DNA of 64,000 nt from Candidatus Acidiferrales bacterium (GTDB lineage: Bacteria; Acidobacteriota; Terriglobia; Acidiferrales; UBA7541), in NCBI GenBank assembly GCA_050018375.1, contig JBEKAE010000010.1, positions 48,808-112,807 on the forward strand. The letters run 5' to 3'. A program made the position numbers and the translations under genes. Below, one piece after another: positions 63,901 through 64,000 of the stretch; position 1 is the stretch's first letter; every line of letters starts with the position of its first letter. Below the pieces are notes generated by a model. It saw only the letters and a program-made list of their open reading frames with translations, had not been told where the DNA came from and searched no databases.

Positions 63901-64000
63901 TTACGGATCGAATCTCTTGCGCAAATCCGGCGGCACGATCGGACACAGTTCGTCCGACTTGCCAAAGATGCGGTACCGAATCCGCGCAACGAAATCGTAA
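63901..64000 (-). CDS. C-terminal fragment of a DCC-family (DUF393) thiol-disulfide oxidoreductase-like protein (start outside window)
   Basis: The reverse-strand frame is open to the window edge and ends ...[32 protein letters not shown]-stop (TAA at 63901-63903). The YDFVARxRYxxFGK..C motif recalls DUF393 proteins. This is my own translation and is not in the ORF track. Confidence 0.45.
   Translation of the reverse strand, partial: YDFVARIRYRIFGKSDELCPIVPPDLRKRFDP

Overview
This is a high-GC, densely coding bacterial chromosomal segment (roughly 60-65% GC by eye). The gene content (an HpnH hopanoid enzyme, many sigma54 and LuxR regulators, hairpin repeats that translate as 'VIPNEARNL') fits an Acidobacteriota-like soil bacterium, but taxonomy cannot be proven from the sequence alone. 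I support about 66 protein-coding genes. Most are housekeeping: efp, purB, rlmN, pgeF, acpS, mtaB, ruvX, mltG, queF, comM, a cold-shock protein, dgt, yceD-rpmF-plsX-fabD-fabG-acpP-fabF, etfBA and ridA. I saw no rRNA, tRNA, CRISPR array, transposase or integrase. Many long ORFs in the track are antisense artefacts of the high GC content and were rejected.

Four things stand out:
1. An 8-kb signalling island at 17.0-25.1 kb. It holds two sigma54 enhancer-binding proteins, a histidine kinase, two stand-alone PilZ genes and a GGDEF-PilZ fusion. Each PilZ-containing gene sits behind a -24/-12-type promoter.
2. An adjacent polyphosphate neighbourhood at 25.2-33.0 kb. Two divergent, translationally coupled thymidylate-kinase-like genes form an operon with ppx and sixA. 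A CHAD gene and a PPK2 gene lie nearby.
3. A roughly 520-bp single-gene insertion flanked by a duplicated 3' end of an MBL-fold hydrolase gene, at 7.27-7.85 kb.
4. A family of hairpin-forming REP-like elements in short intergenic spacers.

A third cluster (37.9-41.8 kb) encodes two unknown proteins and a 912-aa HEAT/PilZ protein behind a perfect 16-bp palindrome. All family assignments come from motif recognition and memory, not from database searches.
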